DNA of 64,000 nt from an uncultured Acidobacteriota bacterium (GCA_963796275.1 CAWCKY010000006.1:1760001-1824000), one strand, 5' to 3'. Numbered from the stretch's first letter, positions 19,456 to 29,896 are shown. Notes: generated by a model not told the origin, from the letters alone. Made by a program: numbers and translations.

Positions 19456-19904
19456 CATTCCTGGTGGCGACGCGCTTTTGTCTTTGATCTAGTTGGCCGT
19501 TTTGCCCGCCGTTTACCGAGCAACGCGTCTCTTGCCACAAGACAGCCCTGACTCCCCGGCTCAAACTCTCTGCAGAGCTTCGGCCTTACAGCGTAGATCG
19601 AGCAAGAGCATTTTTCGCCGATCGTCCCTTTGAGCGCTTTGCATTGCCATCGCCCGGTCACCCGCTTGCCCCTTAACCAGGACTCTTGCAGTGTGACCTT
19701 AGAATCGCAGAGCCTCACGATGTCGATGACGACCAGCTTTGTCGGAATCTTTGACACGTCTTTATTAGCGATCAAGAGACCCTTGCCGCGTATGCCCGGC
19801 AGTTCAAGGTCGCTCAGATCCTCATCGAAAAAGTGAGAGCAGCACGCGCCGCAGGATTGACAGTCGTATTCGTTCGCAAGGGCTGTTTCTGTGTTCTTTT
19901 TCAT
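19455..19904 (-). CDS. YkgJ/CxxCxxCC cysteine-cluster protein
   Basis: 'DCQSCGACC' and 'CSIYAVRPKLCREFEPGSQGCL'. Confidence 0.85.
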   Translation of the reverse strand: MKKNTETALANEYDCQSCGACCSHFFDEDLSDLELPGIRGKGLLIANKDVSKIPTKLVVIDIVRLCDSKVTLQESWLRGKRVTGRWQCKALKGTIGEKCSCSIYAVRPKLCREFEPGSQGCLVARDALLGKRRAKRPTRSKTKARRHQE

Positions 19905-20028
19905 CTTAGGTTCTTAAGTTTGTTTCTAGTTTCTCTTCAACATATCAATACTGCTTCTTCGCCATTGACATCTAGCTCGTTTAGAACAATCTTCTGCTCA
20001 GGGCGCTCACTCTGTCCATCAGTCTCCC

Positions 20029-20652
20029 CTAATCTGAGGAGGTTGGACTGCTTTTCTTAACAACCCACGTCGTCATACATCTGAGGTTTTCCACATTTGT
20101 CGTCTTTAGCGGATCCACCCTATTGGCCCCTAGCCTTTCAGCTGTTGCTGCGAGCATCTCCTCATCCACCAGGAATCGCTCGGTTCCATCTGGTAACAAG
20201 AAATATCCCTTTTTTTTTGGTTCGATTAGCTTCTCGATCCCGATAGAGCTTGCCATCCTTGCAAACAATATCCCATCTGGTTTGAGCACTCGCCACATCT
20301 CATTGAGCATTTTGTCAAAATGCTGCTTGTCGTGTGCAAAGTGTAATACTGCACTGCTTACTACCAGATCGAATCTCTCACTTGGAAGCGGCATATCGGC
20401 GACATCTGCAATGAGGAAGTTTTGTGATGGAAGATTAGGACTGAGTCTGGAAGCAAGCAGCCGGACCTGTTGAATAGATTCTGGGTTTGAATCAACAGCA
20501 AATACCTCGAAGTTATGGGAGAGGAAGTAGACCAGATTACGTCCCTCGCCACAACCTGCGTCCAGTAAAGAGATAGAAGGCGGAATTCTGTCCTTAAGAA
20601 GCTGGTCGAATAGATAGATATCGATGTTGCCAAACTGTTGTTGAAGATTCAT
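20029..20652 (-). CDS. class I SAM-dependent methyltransferase
   Basis: 'LLDAGCGEGRN', 'FDLVVSSAVLHF', 'RVLKPDG'. Confidence 0.9.
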   Translation of the reverse strand: MNLQQQFGNIDIYLFDQLLKDRIPPSISLLDAGCGEGRNLVYFLSHNFEVFAVDSNPESIQQVRLLASRLSPNLPSQNFLIADVADMPLPSERFDLVVSSAVLHFAHDKQHFDKMLNEMWRVLKPDGILFARMASSIGIEKLIEPKKKGYFLLPDGTERFLVDEEMLAATAERLGANRVDPLKTTNVENLRCMTTWVVKKSSPTSSD

Positions 20653-21498
20653 TGTTCACCCGATAATTGCCCTGTATTCACCACCAGATAACCCGTTTGG
20701 TCAAAAAATGCAAAAAACGGTTTTAGCTGATTTTTGTGCAAATAAGGTTTCTACACAAAAGCAGCACTTACTTTTCCTCCTGCAAATCAATGATTTCTGC
20801 CTGAACCTCAGCTAGTGCTGCCTCAATTGCGCTGATTCGAGGCAAAGTCCGCCAACTCCCAACGCGATAAACCTTCGGGGTTGATAACCCGTTCAGCCGA
20901 GACGCGCCTGTCAGCCACTGGGCCTGCTGTGGTGCAAGTTTCAACCGCTGACGCGCCGCCGTATATTCGCTCGTCGTAGCTGTTAAAATAAAGATTGTTT
21001 GCCTGGGATTGTCCTTATTTGATTTATCGCTCATTGGGCTAGTATAGCACTCTGTCAGAGCCATATCGGCCATAGCATGGGATATGGCTGTTAATGCTGT
21101 TACTCATAGGGTAACAGGTAACACGATATCGTGCACGGCCGCTTCTGTGGATAACCGCTAGTGCCGATGATGCGTTTTCTTCGCTGGTAGCACTTCCGGC
21201 AGTCGTACGCATCATCAACCAATACGTTCAGACAAACGTTGGCCAACTCGCTGTAGCGGAGCAAAAACAGGAGGTCCTTTGTTTCTGACGCAAGGGTGGG
21301 CGCGAAGATACGTTTAACGGATCAAACTGATTTGGTAATTGTTATTCGTTTATACGTGTTTTTTCCTTCAGAGTTGCTGCCCAACGAGAAGTCTGGTTCA
21401 GGTTCTTGCCGTCTCTCGGCAGTTTGCAACACAACCGACATCCCATATCGGGATACTGGTAAGCCATCGATCTTTTTCTCAACAGAGCTTGTTCTCCT

Positions 21499-22581
21499 TC
21501 ACCCTCGCTTAATAATGAAAACTGTTTTGTCGTCAATCCGATCCTCTTCTCCAATCTGTCGCAGATGGTCGTCGTCTTTTGTGGCGTGTTCTAGCAGCGC
21601 ATTGCAGATGTCTCTCGCTGATTTCAAATAGTGCTCCCGCATCACAGCTTCGAGGTGTTGGTGTTCTTCATCATCGCTCCCGTCATAGACGCCGTCGGTA
21701 TAAAGGAAAAGAATGTCGCCCGGGCTCATTAGAGTAATTTCGGCAATATCGGACGAGTTAGCCGGCCTAGGCCGAAATTGCATCGAGAAATACCGCTTAC
21801 GATCCGGATGATCAGCAGGGATCTGCAGGCCCAATGGCAGGAATTGCACCATTCGATCTTTGTCCAGCTCCACAAACTTGCGATATTCAGCAGAGAACAC
21901 GAGCGGTGGCGGGTGCCCAAAATTTACAAATCGGAAATAGCCGTAGGGATGCACTTCGCCATAAAGCATAGTCGCAATCTCGCGCGCATTTTCTCCCCCA
22001 CTTGTCCCCAGTGCGTTACGAGCCGTGACTGAAAGCGCCAAACGCAGGTTGATGTTTTCAAACAGCTCCGGCGTCGTCCTTCCGTGCTGATCAAGCTCGG
22101 AGAGCATGAAAGCATGAAACGTATCGTGTACAGTCGAGGCAATTTTCGCCGAAATAAGCCCGTGTCCCTGTGCGTCCACCAGCAGGACTCCTGCCGTACT
22201 ATAGAGCTCGTGGAGGGCTTCGGCGACCCGCACCTGCTCCGAGCTTCGCGCATCTCTGTATTCGGCTTCCATTTCGGACCTATAAGCCGGCCTCGACCTC
22301 AACCACTCCACATGATCGTCTACTGAATTACGCGGCGGTGCGCCTGGCGGGAGCGGATCAAGAAATTCCTTCGATAACTTCAGGGCCTGCCGAATGCGTG
22401 CATCGACGTCATAACGCTGCTGGAAGTTTAGATATTCAAATAGGTCCCCGCCGACACTTCCGGCAGGAACAGAATTCCCGTAAATCTCGATGCCGGGTAT
22501 ATGCGGAATCGCACCTTCCACCGGCATGAGCCGTTCACGCAAGTATTCATCGATACTCAGATTCGTGTGCTCTGTGGTCAT
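21499..22581 (-). CDS. SpoIIE/PP2C-family serine phosphatase
   Basis: 'VGGDLFEY', 'DAQGHG', 'NFGHPPPL', 'LYTDGV', 'DDKTVFII'. Confidence 0.88.
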   Translation of the reverse strand: MTTEHTNLSIDEYLRERLMPVEGAIPHIPGIEIYGNSVPAGSVGGDLFEYLNFQQRYDVDARIRQALKLSKEFLDPLPPGAPPRNSVDDHVEWLRSRPAYRSEMEAEYRDARSSEQVRVAEALHELYSTAGVLLVDAQGHGLISAKIASTVHDTFHAFMLSELDQHGRTTPELFENINLRLALSVTARNALGTSGGENAREIATMLYGEVHPYGYFRFVNFGHPPPLVFSAEYRKFVELDKDRMVQFLPLGLQIPADHPDRKRYFSMQFRPRPANSSDIAEITLMSPGDILFLYTDGVYDGSDDEEHQHLEAVMREHYLKSARDICNALLEHATKDDDHLRQIGEEDRIDDKTVFIIKRG

Positions 22582-22742
22582 AGCAAGATTTCGTGAGATT
22601 CAAAAGCGATAATGTCGGCGCGACGGGCGATCCGACTGCTTGTTGTCGGTTCACTGATAGAACCTTCGTGCATCACCCTCTCCCAGGGTCTCGGGTTCGA
22701 GGTTGCTCTTCTGATCTCTTCGTCAAACTTCAGATTTTCCAT
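22578..22742 (-). CDS. small hypothetical protein translationally coupled to the phosphatase
   Basis: GGAGG RBS before MENLKF, and an ATGA overlap with the downstream start. Confidence 0.45.
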   Translation of the reverse strand: MENLKFDEEIRRATSNPRPWERVMHEGSISEPTTSSRIARRADIIAFESHEILL

Positions 22743-23375
22743 GTTCTTTCCTCCTTGCATTAAAAACCTCGATCTCAAATATTCTATCTCGTACCGGGCC
22801 CTTCTGCCGAATGAGTTGCTATATTCTCGGCTGTGAGTCTCGCCGGCCCGTCAGTATTCCAAATCAATTTCCACTCGCTACAACGAACTGTTGTCACCGT
22901 GAGGTTTTAGATGAATAAAAAAGCATGCTTATGTATGGTCATTTGTACCATTTTATTGCACCCTGAGGATAGGAAACGGCAGTCTAGCGGGATGCGGTCC
23001 GTATCGCTCAATAGATTTTTTCTGCGATGACAATGGTTTAGTGATGGTAGTAGGGAAAAATACGGAGTAGAACCCAGTAGTGGTACGGTCATTGCACTTA
23101 GTATATACCGACAAGCAATGCTTTAGCAGTTTAGGTACTCGAATACGGAAGGTGTTGGGGGACATCTCAAGCAATTGTCGCGAATGTGGTGGTTGTGCCG
23201 TATATAGAGATGGGATGGCTGCTTGACTCCGCATAGTTCTTGGGGGAGGCTATACGGAATTAAGCAGCCATTCTTGCTTTTCAGATATCATTTCTACTTC
23301 GCACAACAATCTCTTATCCGTGATTCAGGGTGGGTTCATAAAAGATGGGGGCAGGTCACTCTAAGAGTCGAATCG

Positions 23376-23423
23376 CAAGCCCTCACTATAGTGAGTCTTC
23401 GAGCTTAGTGGCGGGTAATTGAC
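23376..23423. mobile_element. IS200/IS605-type terminal hairpin remnant
   Basis: CAAGCCCTCACTA...TAGTGGCGGGTAATTGAC, a hairpin followed by GTAATTGAC. This resembles ends of IS200/IS605-superfamily elements as I recall them. Confidence 0.45.
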
Positions 23424-23457
23424 TGTCAAAATGTGGTCTGCGCAGAATCAGGTTCTA

Positions 23458-25015
23458 TTATTTGTTACCCGTCAGCGGCTCGTTCAACTCCCGAAGCAAT
23501 GACGGCTCTGCCTTGATGAACTTCCGGTCGTAAGTCATAAACCCATTGACCTCGCCTTCGACGTCTGTGGTCTGCGTGTAGACTGCCGCTGATAATCCCA
23601 GATTCTGTTTCATCGGGACGAGCGCTTCCATCTTTTTGCTGAGAGCTTTCAAATAGGCGGTCTTTCCTGATACGTCTGATAACCCCAGTTGCGCATCTGC
23701 GGATTCCACAGGTGCTCTTGTATCGGCCAGCCTACGCCTCCGTATTCGCCCAGGACCACCGCCCGGTTCCCCTGTCTTTTCGGCGTCAACAGTGTCTCAT
23801 CGTAGGTCTGGACGTCGTACAGATCACCTTCGTTCATATCCAGCCAACCGCTGTTGGCATTGACCAATCGACGGCGGTCGATCGTCTTCACCCACTGCGC
23901 CATCGCTCTGGTCTCGTATTGCCCCCAGCCTTCATTGAAGACGACCCAGGTCACGATGCTCGGCGAGTTGTGCAGACGACCCAGCATGCGGCGCAACTCA
24001 AGTTCGTGCTGTTCGCGACTAACCGACAGGCGCACCGGCTCGCCCCGATCCGGAGGATGGTTGCGGAGCGCCTGATTGAATCCTGATGGCATATCCTGCC
24101 AGACAAGCATCCCGAGTTTGTCGCAGTGGTAGTAATAACGTGCGGGTTCGACCTTGATATGCTTGCGCAGCATATTGAACCCGGCCTGGCGGAGCCATTC
24201 GATCTCCCATCTGATCGCCTCAAATGCGGCCGTTCTCCCATTAGCCGTAGTGGTCAATCGTACGGCGTAAGTGTCATCGCCGATAGCCTCATTGGTCAGC
24301 CCGACGACGCGCAGGCCGCGGGCATCGAGATCGGGCGTCAGTCGCAATTCGGCCAGGTACAGGCCGGACGGCACGGGTTCCAGCCATACCGTTTGCCAGA
24401 TGCCCGAAACCGGCGTGTACCATATGCCCTGCGGTTTCAACTGTTGTTTGCCTCGCGGTTGCTCACCCGTATCTGAAGGATCGGTAACGGCCACGATCAA
24501 CTCGTTTGAGCCGTTTTTCAGAAACGGGGTCACGTCGAAGCCGAAAGCATCGAATCCGCCGAATCCGCCCTTATGCGCGTCAACGAGACCGCCGTTCACC
24601 CATACTATGCATTCATAATCAACTGCGCCGAAATGAAGCAGGATTCGTGGCCGTCCCACGCCGTGGGTACCGTGAAGTATCGCCGGTACCAGAGCCGCTC
24701 GGTGGGTTGCAACGTCTTTCCCACGCCCGAGAGCGCCGCTTCGAGAGCGAAGGGAACGAGTATCTGACCGTCGAATTCTGTGGGCGACGGCGCGGTCTTC
24801 GCCGTGACGGCATACTCCCACAGACCGTTCAGGTTCTGCCATCGCTCGCGCGTGAATTGCGGGCGAGGATATTCTAACCAGGCATTCTCAGGCGCGACAT
24901 TCGTGCCCCAATCGGTCATCAGTGTCACGGGCGCCGGTCTCCATTGCTGAGCCGCGCCGCCGACGGCGATTAGCATCGAGGCAAGGGATAATGCGGTTAA
25001 TCTGTTCATTCTCAT
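23458..25015 (-). pseudogene. glycoside hydrolase family 2 (beta-galactosidase/glucuronidase-like), frameshifted and internally deleted
   Basis: Three frames: signal + 'EYPRPQF...LNGLWEY'; 'LHFGAVDY...SGIWQTVWLE...RKHIKVEP...FNEGWGQ...GEYGG'; 'YTQTTDVEGEVNG'. The Ig domain appears absent near 24235. Confidence 0.85.
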
Positions 25016-25103
25016 ATTCGGTATTCGGTATTTGGTAGTCAGTAGTCGCTTGTCGGTTAGTTTGGGCGGATCGACAACCGGCAACCGGCGACCGGCGACC
25101 GGC
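25016..25103. repeat. degenerate heptanucleotide tandem repeats
   Basis: ATTCGGT-ATTCGGT-ATTTGGT-AGTCAGT and CAACCGG-CAACCGG-CGACCGG-CGACCGG. Confidence 0.55.
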
Positions 25104-25123
25104 TTGTATCACACCGATGATGG

Positions 25124-26332
25124 TCACTCCACAGCACCTCGCTCTCGCAACAGCATCACAGTTTTCCCCTCACCGCTGGGAAACCGCAGCGCGTATCCCA
25201 ACGGCGTGCATTCGACCACTTCGCCAGGTCGCTCATAAGCGCCAGGAAGTTTCACCCGAATGGAGAGATCCGCGCCGCGTTCCACCAACAATTGCGCCAC
25301 AGGAAATCCATACTCATTGAACTGCGTCGCCGCGTGGAAGATGGGCGTCTGGCCGCCGACGCCGTTTTCATCCACCGTTGCTTTCGCATCGACTTGCCCC
25401 CCGCGATCTAGGAGAAGCCTGGCGGCCTCAAGCTGGCCGTATTCCGCAGCCACGTGCAGCAGCGTCGCTCCTCGCAAGAGGAGAAGGCGATCGCCGGTTT
25501 GGCCGCAGTCGAGCTCAGGGAAACGTCTGTTGACAATGTCGGGGACTGCGTCAATCTGCTCCGACAGTCGATCGATATCGCCGCGAAGCAGTTCCAAGAT
25601 TCCCGGCGCATCGTATTTGGTCTTCCCGCCGGCTTCGAGAATGAGATCGATGCAAGCGGGGAAATGCGATGAGCGTGCGTACCCGCAGATCAGATAATCC
25701 AGCGCCGTCACGCACCCGTAGGCGTTGCCGCAATTCGGATTCGCTCCATGTTCCAACAGCCATTTGAGCGACACTGCGTTTACTGCTTCGCAAGCGGCGA
25801 AGAGGATGGGAAAATTGCCATTCCACTCGGCGTTCACATCCGCGCCGTAAGTCAGGAGTAATTCCATCATCGGAACACGCGTGGCATTGAGCGCCGCGCG
25901 CATGAGTGGCCCATCGCCTCCCTGATGTACATCCGAACCGTTCTCGATCATCCAGCGCGCCATCTCCAATCGCGCGGTGGATGGCGGCCCCCACGGCACG
26001 CGGCATTCGGCGACCCAGGTGAGCGGCCCGTTCTTCCCATAACCTAGCGGAGCGCGGTGCAGCGCCGGATTGCGCGTCATCATCGCTTTGACGCGTGCTA
26101 CATCCTCGGCGTCAATCGCCAGCTTGAGTTGGCCGATTTCCGCTAGCGAATCCACATGCGCTTTCAGCTTCGGCCAACTGGCGAAACCGTACAGCCGGGC
26201 GATTTTGAATTGTGCTTCGGTGAGTGTCGCGGCCTCACCCGCTCTCAGCATGTCCTTGGCTTGATCTTTCAGGTGTCGAAGATTGGGTTGTTCGGGCAGT
26301 AGACGCGGAGTTTCTTCAGAGTTGGTCGGCAT
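25124..26332 (-). CDS. ankyrin repeat protein with small N-terminal helical domain ('LPEQPNLRHLKDQAK...AQFKIARLYGFASWPKL')
   Basis: Ankyrin motifs 'TLLHVAAEYGQLEAARLLLDRG', 'GQTPIFHAA' and 'LLEHGANPN'. Confidence 0.9.
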   Translation of the reverse strand: MPTNSEETPRLLPEQPNLRHLKDQAKDMLRAGEAATLTEAQFKIARLYGFASWPKLKAHVDSLAEIGQLKLAIDAEDVARVKAMMTRNPALHRAPLGYGKNGPLTWVAECRVPWGPPSTARLEMARWMIENGSDVHQGGDGPLMRAALNATRVPMMELLLTYGADVNAEWNGNFPILFAACEAVNAVSLKWLLEHGANPNCGNAYGCVTALDYLICGYARSSHFPACIDLILEAGGKTKYDAPGILELLRGDIDRLSEQIDAVPDIVNRRFPELDCGQTGDRLLLLRGATLLHVAAEYGQLEAARLLLDRGGQVDAKATVDENGVGGQTPIFHAATQFNEYGFPVAQLLVERGADLSIRVKLPGAYERPGEVVECTPLGYALRFPSGEGKTVMLLRERGAVE

Positions 26333-26455
26333 AGCGAAATCCTTTCGTTGAATTGCCCGGTGTCCGCTTTGGCGGGCTGAAAGAATGTTCGCGAAAACTG
26401 ATTGGGAACAGATGAGCTTCTACTCTTTCCGCGGACCGGATGCCTTCTGCGGGCC
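26333..26455 (-). ncRNA. candidate structured cis-regulatory leader RNA of the ankyrin gene
   Basis: Nested complementary segments GCCCG/CGGGC, GUCCGC/GCGGAC, GAAAGAGU/AUUCUUUC and UGUUC/GAACA. It starts just after a TTGTAA-N17-TATTTT promoter (26491-26463). Confidence 0.55.
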
Positions 26456-26766
26456 AGGAGAGAAAATAGTCCTTCCGCGTAGTGATTACAAGGTCGGCCG
26501 CGAATTTTCGCCAAGTCCAAGGAGCCGCATCGCCGCCGCGTTTTTGAGTTCCGCGCGCTTTCGGCACCCGTGCTTCCGCCGCCCGGCTGGTAGACGATCT
26601 CACACGCTATGCCTTGACATTCTAGGCCTCTCTGCCTGCTCTACACGTATAATTTCTAATCAGAGTACTCATTCAAATCGGCAAAGTCGAGCTAAGTGTT
26701 CGCTAGCGTAACATTCGCTGCAAACCGCAGACAATTCGAAATCGATAGCCCAATCACGAAATTGAC

Positions 26767-27072
26767 TTATTCAAAGACTGGCCTGAAAAAACTTCTTTCA
26801 TAGCTCACAATACATTCTGTTTCCTCGGCGTACTTAAAAGCTGCCAGGCACTCTGTATCTGAGAATGATTTGGTTCGATACTGTTCGTAGGCTGCAAGGC
26901 TCGGAAAGGTGAAAAGAGCGAGGGCGATGTTGTTCGCTCCTTCCGAGGGCAAGAAATAACCGTGGTGTTTCCCACCAAACTTCTCTACTAACGGAATCCA
27001 TAGTTTCCCGTAGTGTTCAAATTCTTTCACTTTGGAAGGGGCGATTACGTAACGCAGATAACAGGTGACCAT
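26767..27072 (-). CDS. NIPSNAP family protein (integron cassette-like)
   Basis: 'VTCYLRY...FEHYGKLWIPLVEKFGGKHHGYFLPSEGANNIALALFTFPSLAAYEQYR'. It starts 25 bp after the R' box of an attC site. Confidence 0.88.
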   Translation of the reverse strand: MVTCYLRYVIAPSKVKEFEHYGKLWIPLVEKFGGKHHGYFLPSEGANNIALALFTFPSLAAYEQYRTKSFSDTECLAAFKYAEETECIVSYERSFFRPVFE

Positions 27073-27097
27073 TGCCTTTTCTCAGTTTGAATTTGGA

Positions 27098-27196
27098 GCA
27101 TAACGTCATGCCGCTCAGCCGCGAGCGGCGTTCCCGCATCCATCGAATAGCCCGTGATTCCCGTGCCACTCGTCGGCTGCTGCAGGCATGTTAGGC
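27098..27196 (-). mobile_element. integron attC site (99 bp)
   Basis: Minus strand: R'' GCCTAAC, L'' CAGCCGAC, L' GCGGCTG, R' GTTATGC, forming an imperfect palindrome. Confidence 0.8.
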
Positions 27197-27218
27197 GGTG
27201 ATGTGTTCATTACACAAG

Positions 27219-27420
27219 TCATGACGAGGGCGAGCCGGCCTCAACGAGTGCGGCTCGCTTGGCGAGCACCATTTGCCAGCCGGTTTCGTTGTCCCCGGGC
27301 GATAGGCTCGGTGGCAGTCTGTCATGCATCGCAAGAGGATCGGCACCGCCATCGGCATCTTCAAGCGTGATCGTGATCGTCATCTCGCCACAAAGCGAAT
27401 GATCTTCGGTCTAGAACTCG
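27219..27420 (-). pseudogene. SRPBCC (AHSA1-like) protein 3' fragment, cassette remnant
   Basis: 'GEMTITITLEDADGG...HDRLPPSLSPGDNETGWQMVLAK' ends just before the attC site. Confidence 0.65.
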
Positions 27421-27580
27421 TCCACAACTGGAACATTCACGAGAAGTGTTACGCGGATTCATGGTAATCACTGGCACGCCCACGAGCTTGGCCTTGTGCT
27501 CGATAAAGCAACGCAATTGACCGAACGACCAGGAATGCAATTCAGAACGTTTAGCCTTTCGAGCCATCAGGTGAGCATCA
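27421..27580 (-). mobile_element. tnpB: IS200/IS605 TnpB fragment (RuvC / zinc-ribbon region)
   Basis: 'LHSWSFGQLRCFIEHKAKLVGVPVITMNPRNTSRECSSCG'. Confidence 0.85.
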
Positions 27581-28189
27581 TCATCGCCTGTCACATCGCA
27601 CGCCCGGTTTGACTTCAACGCTCGATTCCTCGGCCTTATGTTCTAGGGAGGCACTCTCCGAATCGCGCGCGATCTGCTTCAACCTGCCGCGCAACTCTCT
27701 TGTCACGCTCGCATGACATCCGAGACATAGGGTTCGGATGTTTTCAATTCCGCATTCACCGCCGCCTTCGACGACAGACACAATATGGTCGGCTGCCCAG
27801 GGGCTAATAAACGGCGTGAACCATGGGAACTGCAGCCGAAACATATCGAGCGCCCCGTAACGCTCCGGCTCGCGCTCCACTTTCCAGGGGAATTGCGTCG
27901 CCTTAAGCCCCGCCTTTCGCAACAACGCCTTAAAGACCCTCATGACCTTATCGCAATCGGTTCCACAAAGCGCGCAGACCCCGAAATCGCGCTGAAAGAC
28001 TTGTTCCCGAAGGTAGCCCGGATCGCTGCGAAGTTTGTGTTCATGGATACAAGCGTAAGAACAAAATGACCGCCGTCCTTTCGGAACCTCGACGCCGCAC
28101 CACCGGCAAAGCGCGCGGCCATTCGCCCCCTGTGTAAGTTCTTTATGATTTTTCCAGCCCGATCCCGGCCGGACTCTGTGTTTGCTCAT
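27581..28189 (-). CDS. HNH endonuclease with N-terminal Zn-finger
   Basis: 'CRWCG...FCSYAC', 'RDFGVCALCG', 'DHIVSVVEGGG...NIRTLCLGCH'. Confidence 0.88.
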   Translation of the reverse strand: MSKHRVRPGSGWKNHKELTQGANGRALCRWCGVEVPKGRRSFCSYACIHEHKLRSDPGYLREQVFQRDFGVCALCGTDCDKVMRVFKALLRKAGLKATQFPWKVEREPERYGALDMFRLQFPWFTPFISPWAADHIVSVVEGGGECGIENIRTLCLGCHASVTRELRGRLKQIARDSESASLEHKAEESSVEVKPGVRCDRR

Positions 28190-28590
28190 CTCGCAAGACT
28201 TTCCGCCACTTCAAGTTCGTCATTAACCTTGACGCCCCTTTGTAATGATTCGCTTCAAGCTTTTCAAGCCGCGGCATCGTTGCTTTATTTGGTTCGCCCA
28301 CTAGCTGACAGGGCTGCGGCTGACGCCCACGTGGCGGCTGATCCCGGATCGGATGAGGTGGCGTTAGCGGAGGAAGCGATCAACTCCGTCTGCCTTTCTT
28401 CAAACCGCTCAGGAGTCAGATTACTGGTTGCCGCATGGGCAATCATTGTAATGCTAATAACTGAATCTCAATAGATACAGTTGGCAATATCAGGGCGATT
28501 GCCAGCGTTGGCAATCTTCAGAGCGGATGTCGGCATCCGCTGTATGGAGAGATGGGGGATAGGTCTTGCTTTCAGAAGGCACGGTTATTA

Positions 28591-29283
28591 TCAGTTCCCG
28601 TTAGATTCCAACACTTTCAATCCTAGTAAGTGTGCGAGATCTCGGGCCAGAGCAATCAACTGGAGCGAATCAATGATCGCACCCCGTAGGTCCTCGGCTC
28701 GCACCTGCAGGTCTTCTAATTGCGATCCGCGAAAGTCCGCCCCCTTCAAATTGGCGCCAGACAGTTGGGCGCCACGCAGATCGCAGCCGGAAAAAACGAC
28801 GCCTCGTAGATCTGCTCCATAGAAGTCTGCTTCTCGAAGGTTGCAATTCGAAAACCGGCAATCTTTAAAACTTGAGGTGCGAAACTGTGCGAGATCGATT
28901 TTACAATCTTCAATGGACGCATCTTTAATGTTGGAGTCGATTATCTTAATACCTGTCATTCTACAGTTGAGAACTTCGATCCGGCTTAAAGTTGATTGAT
29001 ACCAATCAGCATTGGCCAAATCACAATGATCAAATCGGGCGTCAGTCAGCTTAAGCAATCTCAATTTAGTAGAAGCCATCCCGACATCCTGAAAACGAGC
29101 GCTCAGGATAGAAACGCGCGGAGCAATCTGTCCGGTGAGACTCTGATTTGACAGCACAAGGTTGGCATAGCGATCTTGTTCATCTAGCTGTCCATTATTT
29201 AAAGAATCTATTATGTCTTCAGTGGGCAGCTCTGGTGAAGAAATAGAAATACTGGCTCCTGGTTTTCTCTGCTTATTACTCAT
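28591..29283 (-). CDS. pentapeptide repeat protein
   Basis: Runs such as 'CNLRE ADFYG ADLRG VVFSG CDLRG AQLSG ANLKG ADFRG'. Confidence 0.92.
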   Translation of the reverse strand: MSNKQRKPGASISISSPELPTEDIIDSLNNGQLDEQDRYANLVLSNQSLTGQIAPRVSILSARFQDVGMASTKLRLLKLTDARFDHCDLANADWYQSTLSRIEVLNCRMTGIKIIDSNIKDASIEDCKIDLAQFRTSSFKDCRFSNCNLREADFYGADLRGVVFSGCDLRGAQLSGANLKGADFRGSQLEDLQVRAEDLRGAIIDSLQLIALARDLAHLLGLKVLESNGN

Positions 29284-29466
29284 GCGGTCATTTCAAATCA
29301 ATTCTGAGGGGTTTTCGCGAAAGGGAATTTGAGATTATAACAGCGGTTAGCCCCGTCACGGGACCGCGTCGAGCTAAGTAGCAAATTGGAGAGCTGATGA
29401 AACGGGGAAGACCCGCCGGGTACTCGGCGGGCCTTCCCATTCGGCGCTTGAGCCCATTTGGCTTTA

Positions 29467-29817
29467 TTAGCCGCGACCGTAATGGCCGCGATTCTTGGCG
29501 AACCGGTAATACGCCTGCGCATAACCCTTACGGAATCCGACGCGGTAGTCATTGCTGACAAAACGGCGGTTAGCGGGTGCCGGATTTAATCTGCGGTGCG
29601 CGAGGGCGTCCGCCTTCCCTTCGGCCAGTCCGGCATTGAAGCCCTTCCGCTCTTCGAGTCGCTCCCAGCGACTGTCTATGCGGCCATCGCGGTCGTGATC
29701 GAACCGTTGCGGAACCTGGGCGGAAGCGCTCGATATGTCAGCGGCGCCAGCGGCAACCAAAAACGCAGCAGCAAAAGCGAATGAAAGTCCGATAGTTTTA
29801 ATAGCTTTGATAGTCAT
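29467..29817 (-). CDS. small secreted protein (Y/F-xxG-Y/F repeats)
   Basis: GGAGGAG RBS before MTIKAIK, a signal peptide, and 'GFNAGLAEG...DYRVGFRKGYAQAY'. Confidence 0.7.
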   Translation of the reverse strand: MTIKAIKTIGLSFAFAAAFLVAAGAADISSASAQVPQRFDHDRDGRIDSRWERLEERKGFNAGLAEGKADALAHRRLNPAPANRRFVSNDYRVGFRKGYAQAYYRFAKNRGHYGRG

Positions 29818-29896
29818 ATTTTCTCCTCCTTCTCCTAAGCCTGAGTCCCACAATGCCATCATAGCAACTGCGTCCCAGGGGTTCGCTGGACAGTAG

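Noticed and set aside
23386-23397. GACTCACTATAG on the minus strand, matching the core of the T7 promoter (vector contamination?)
   Set aside because: It lacks the TAATAC and GGG flanks and is part of a natural hairpin resembling an IS end.
26706-26766. Possible attC closing the NIPSNAP cassette (GTTACGC on the minus strand)
   Set aside because: No matching R'' or L boxes and no convincing palindrome.
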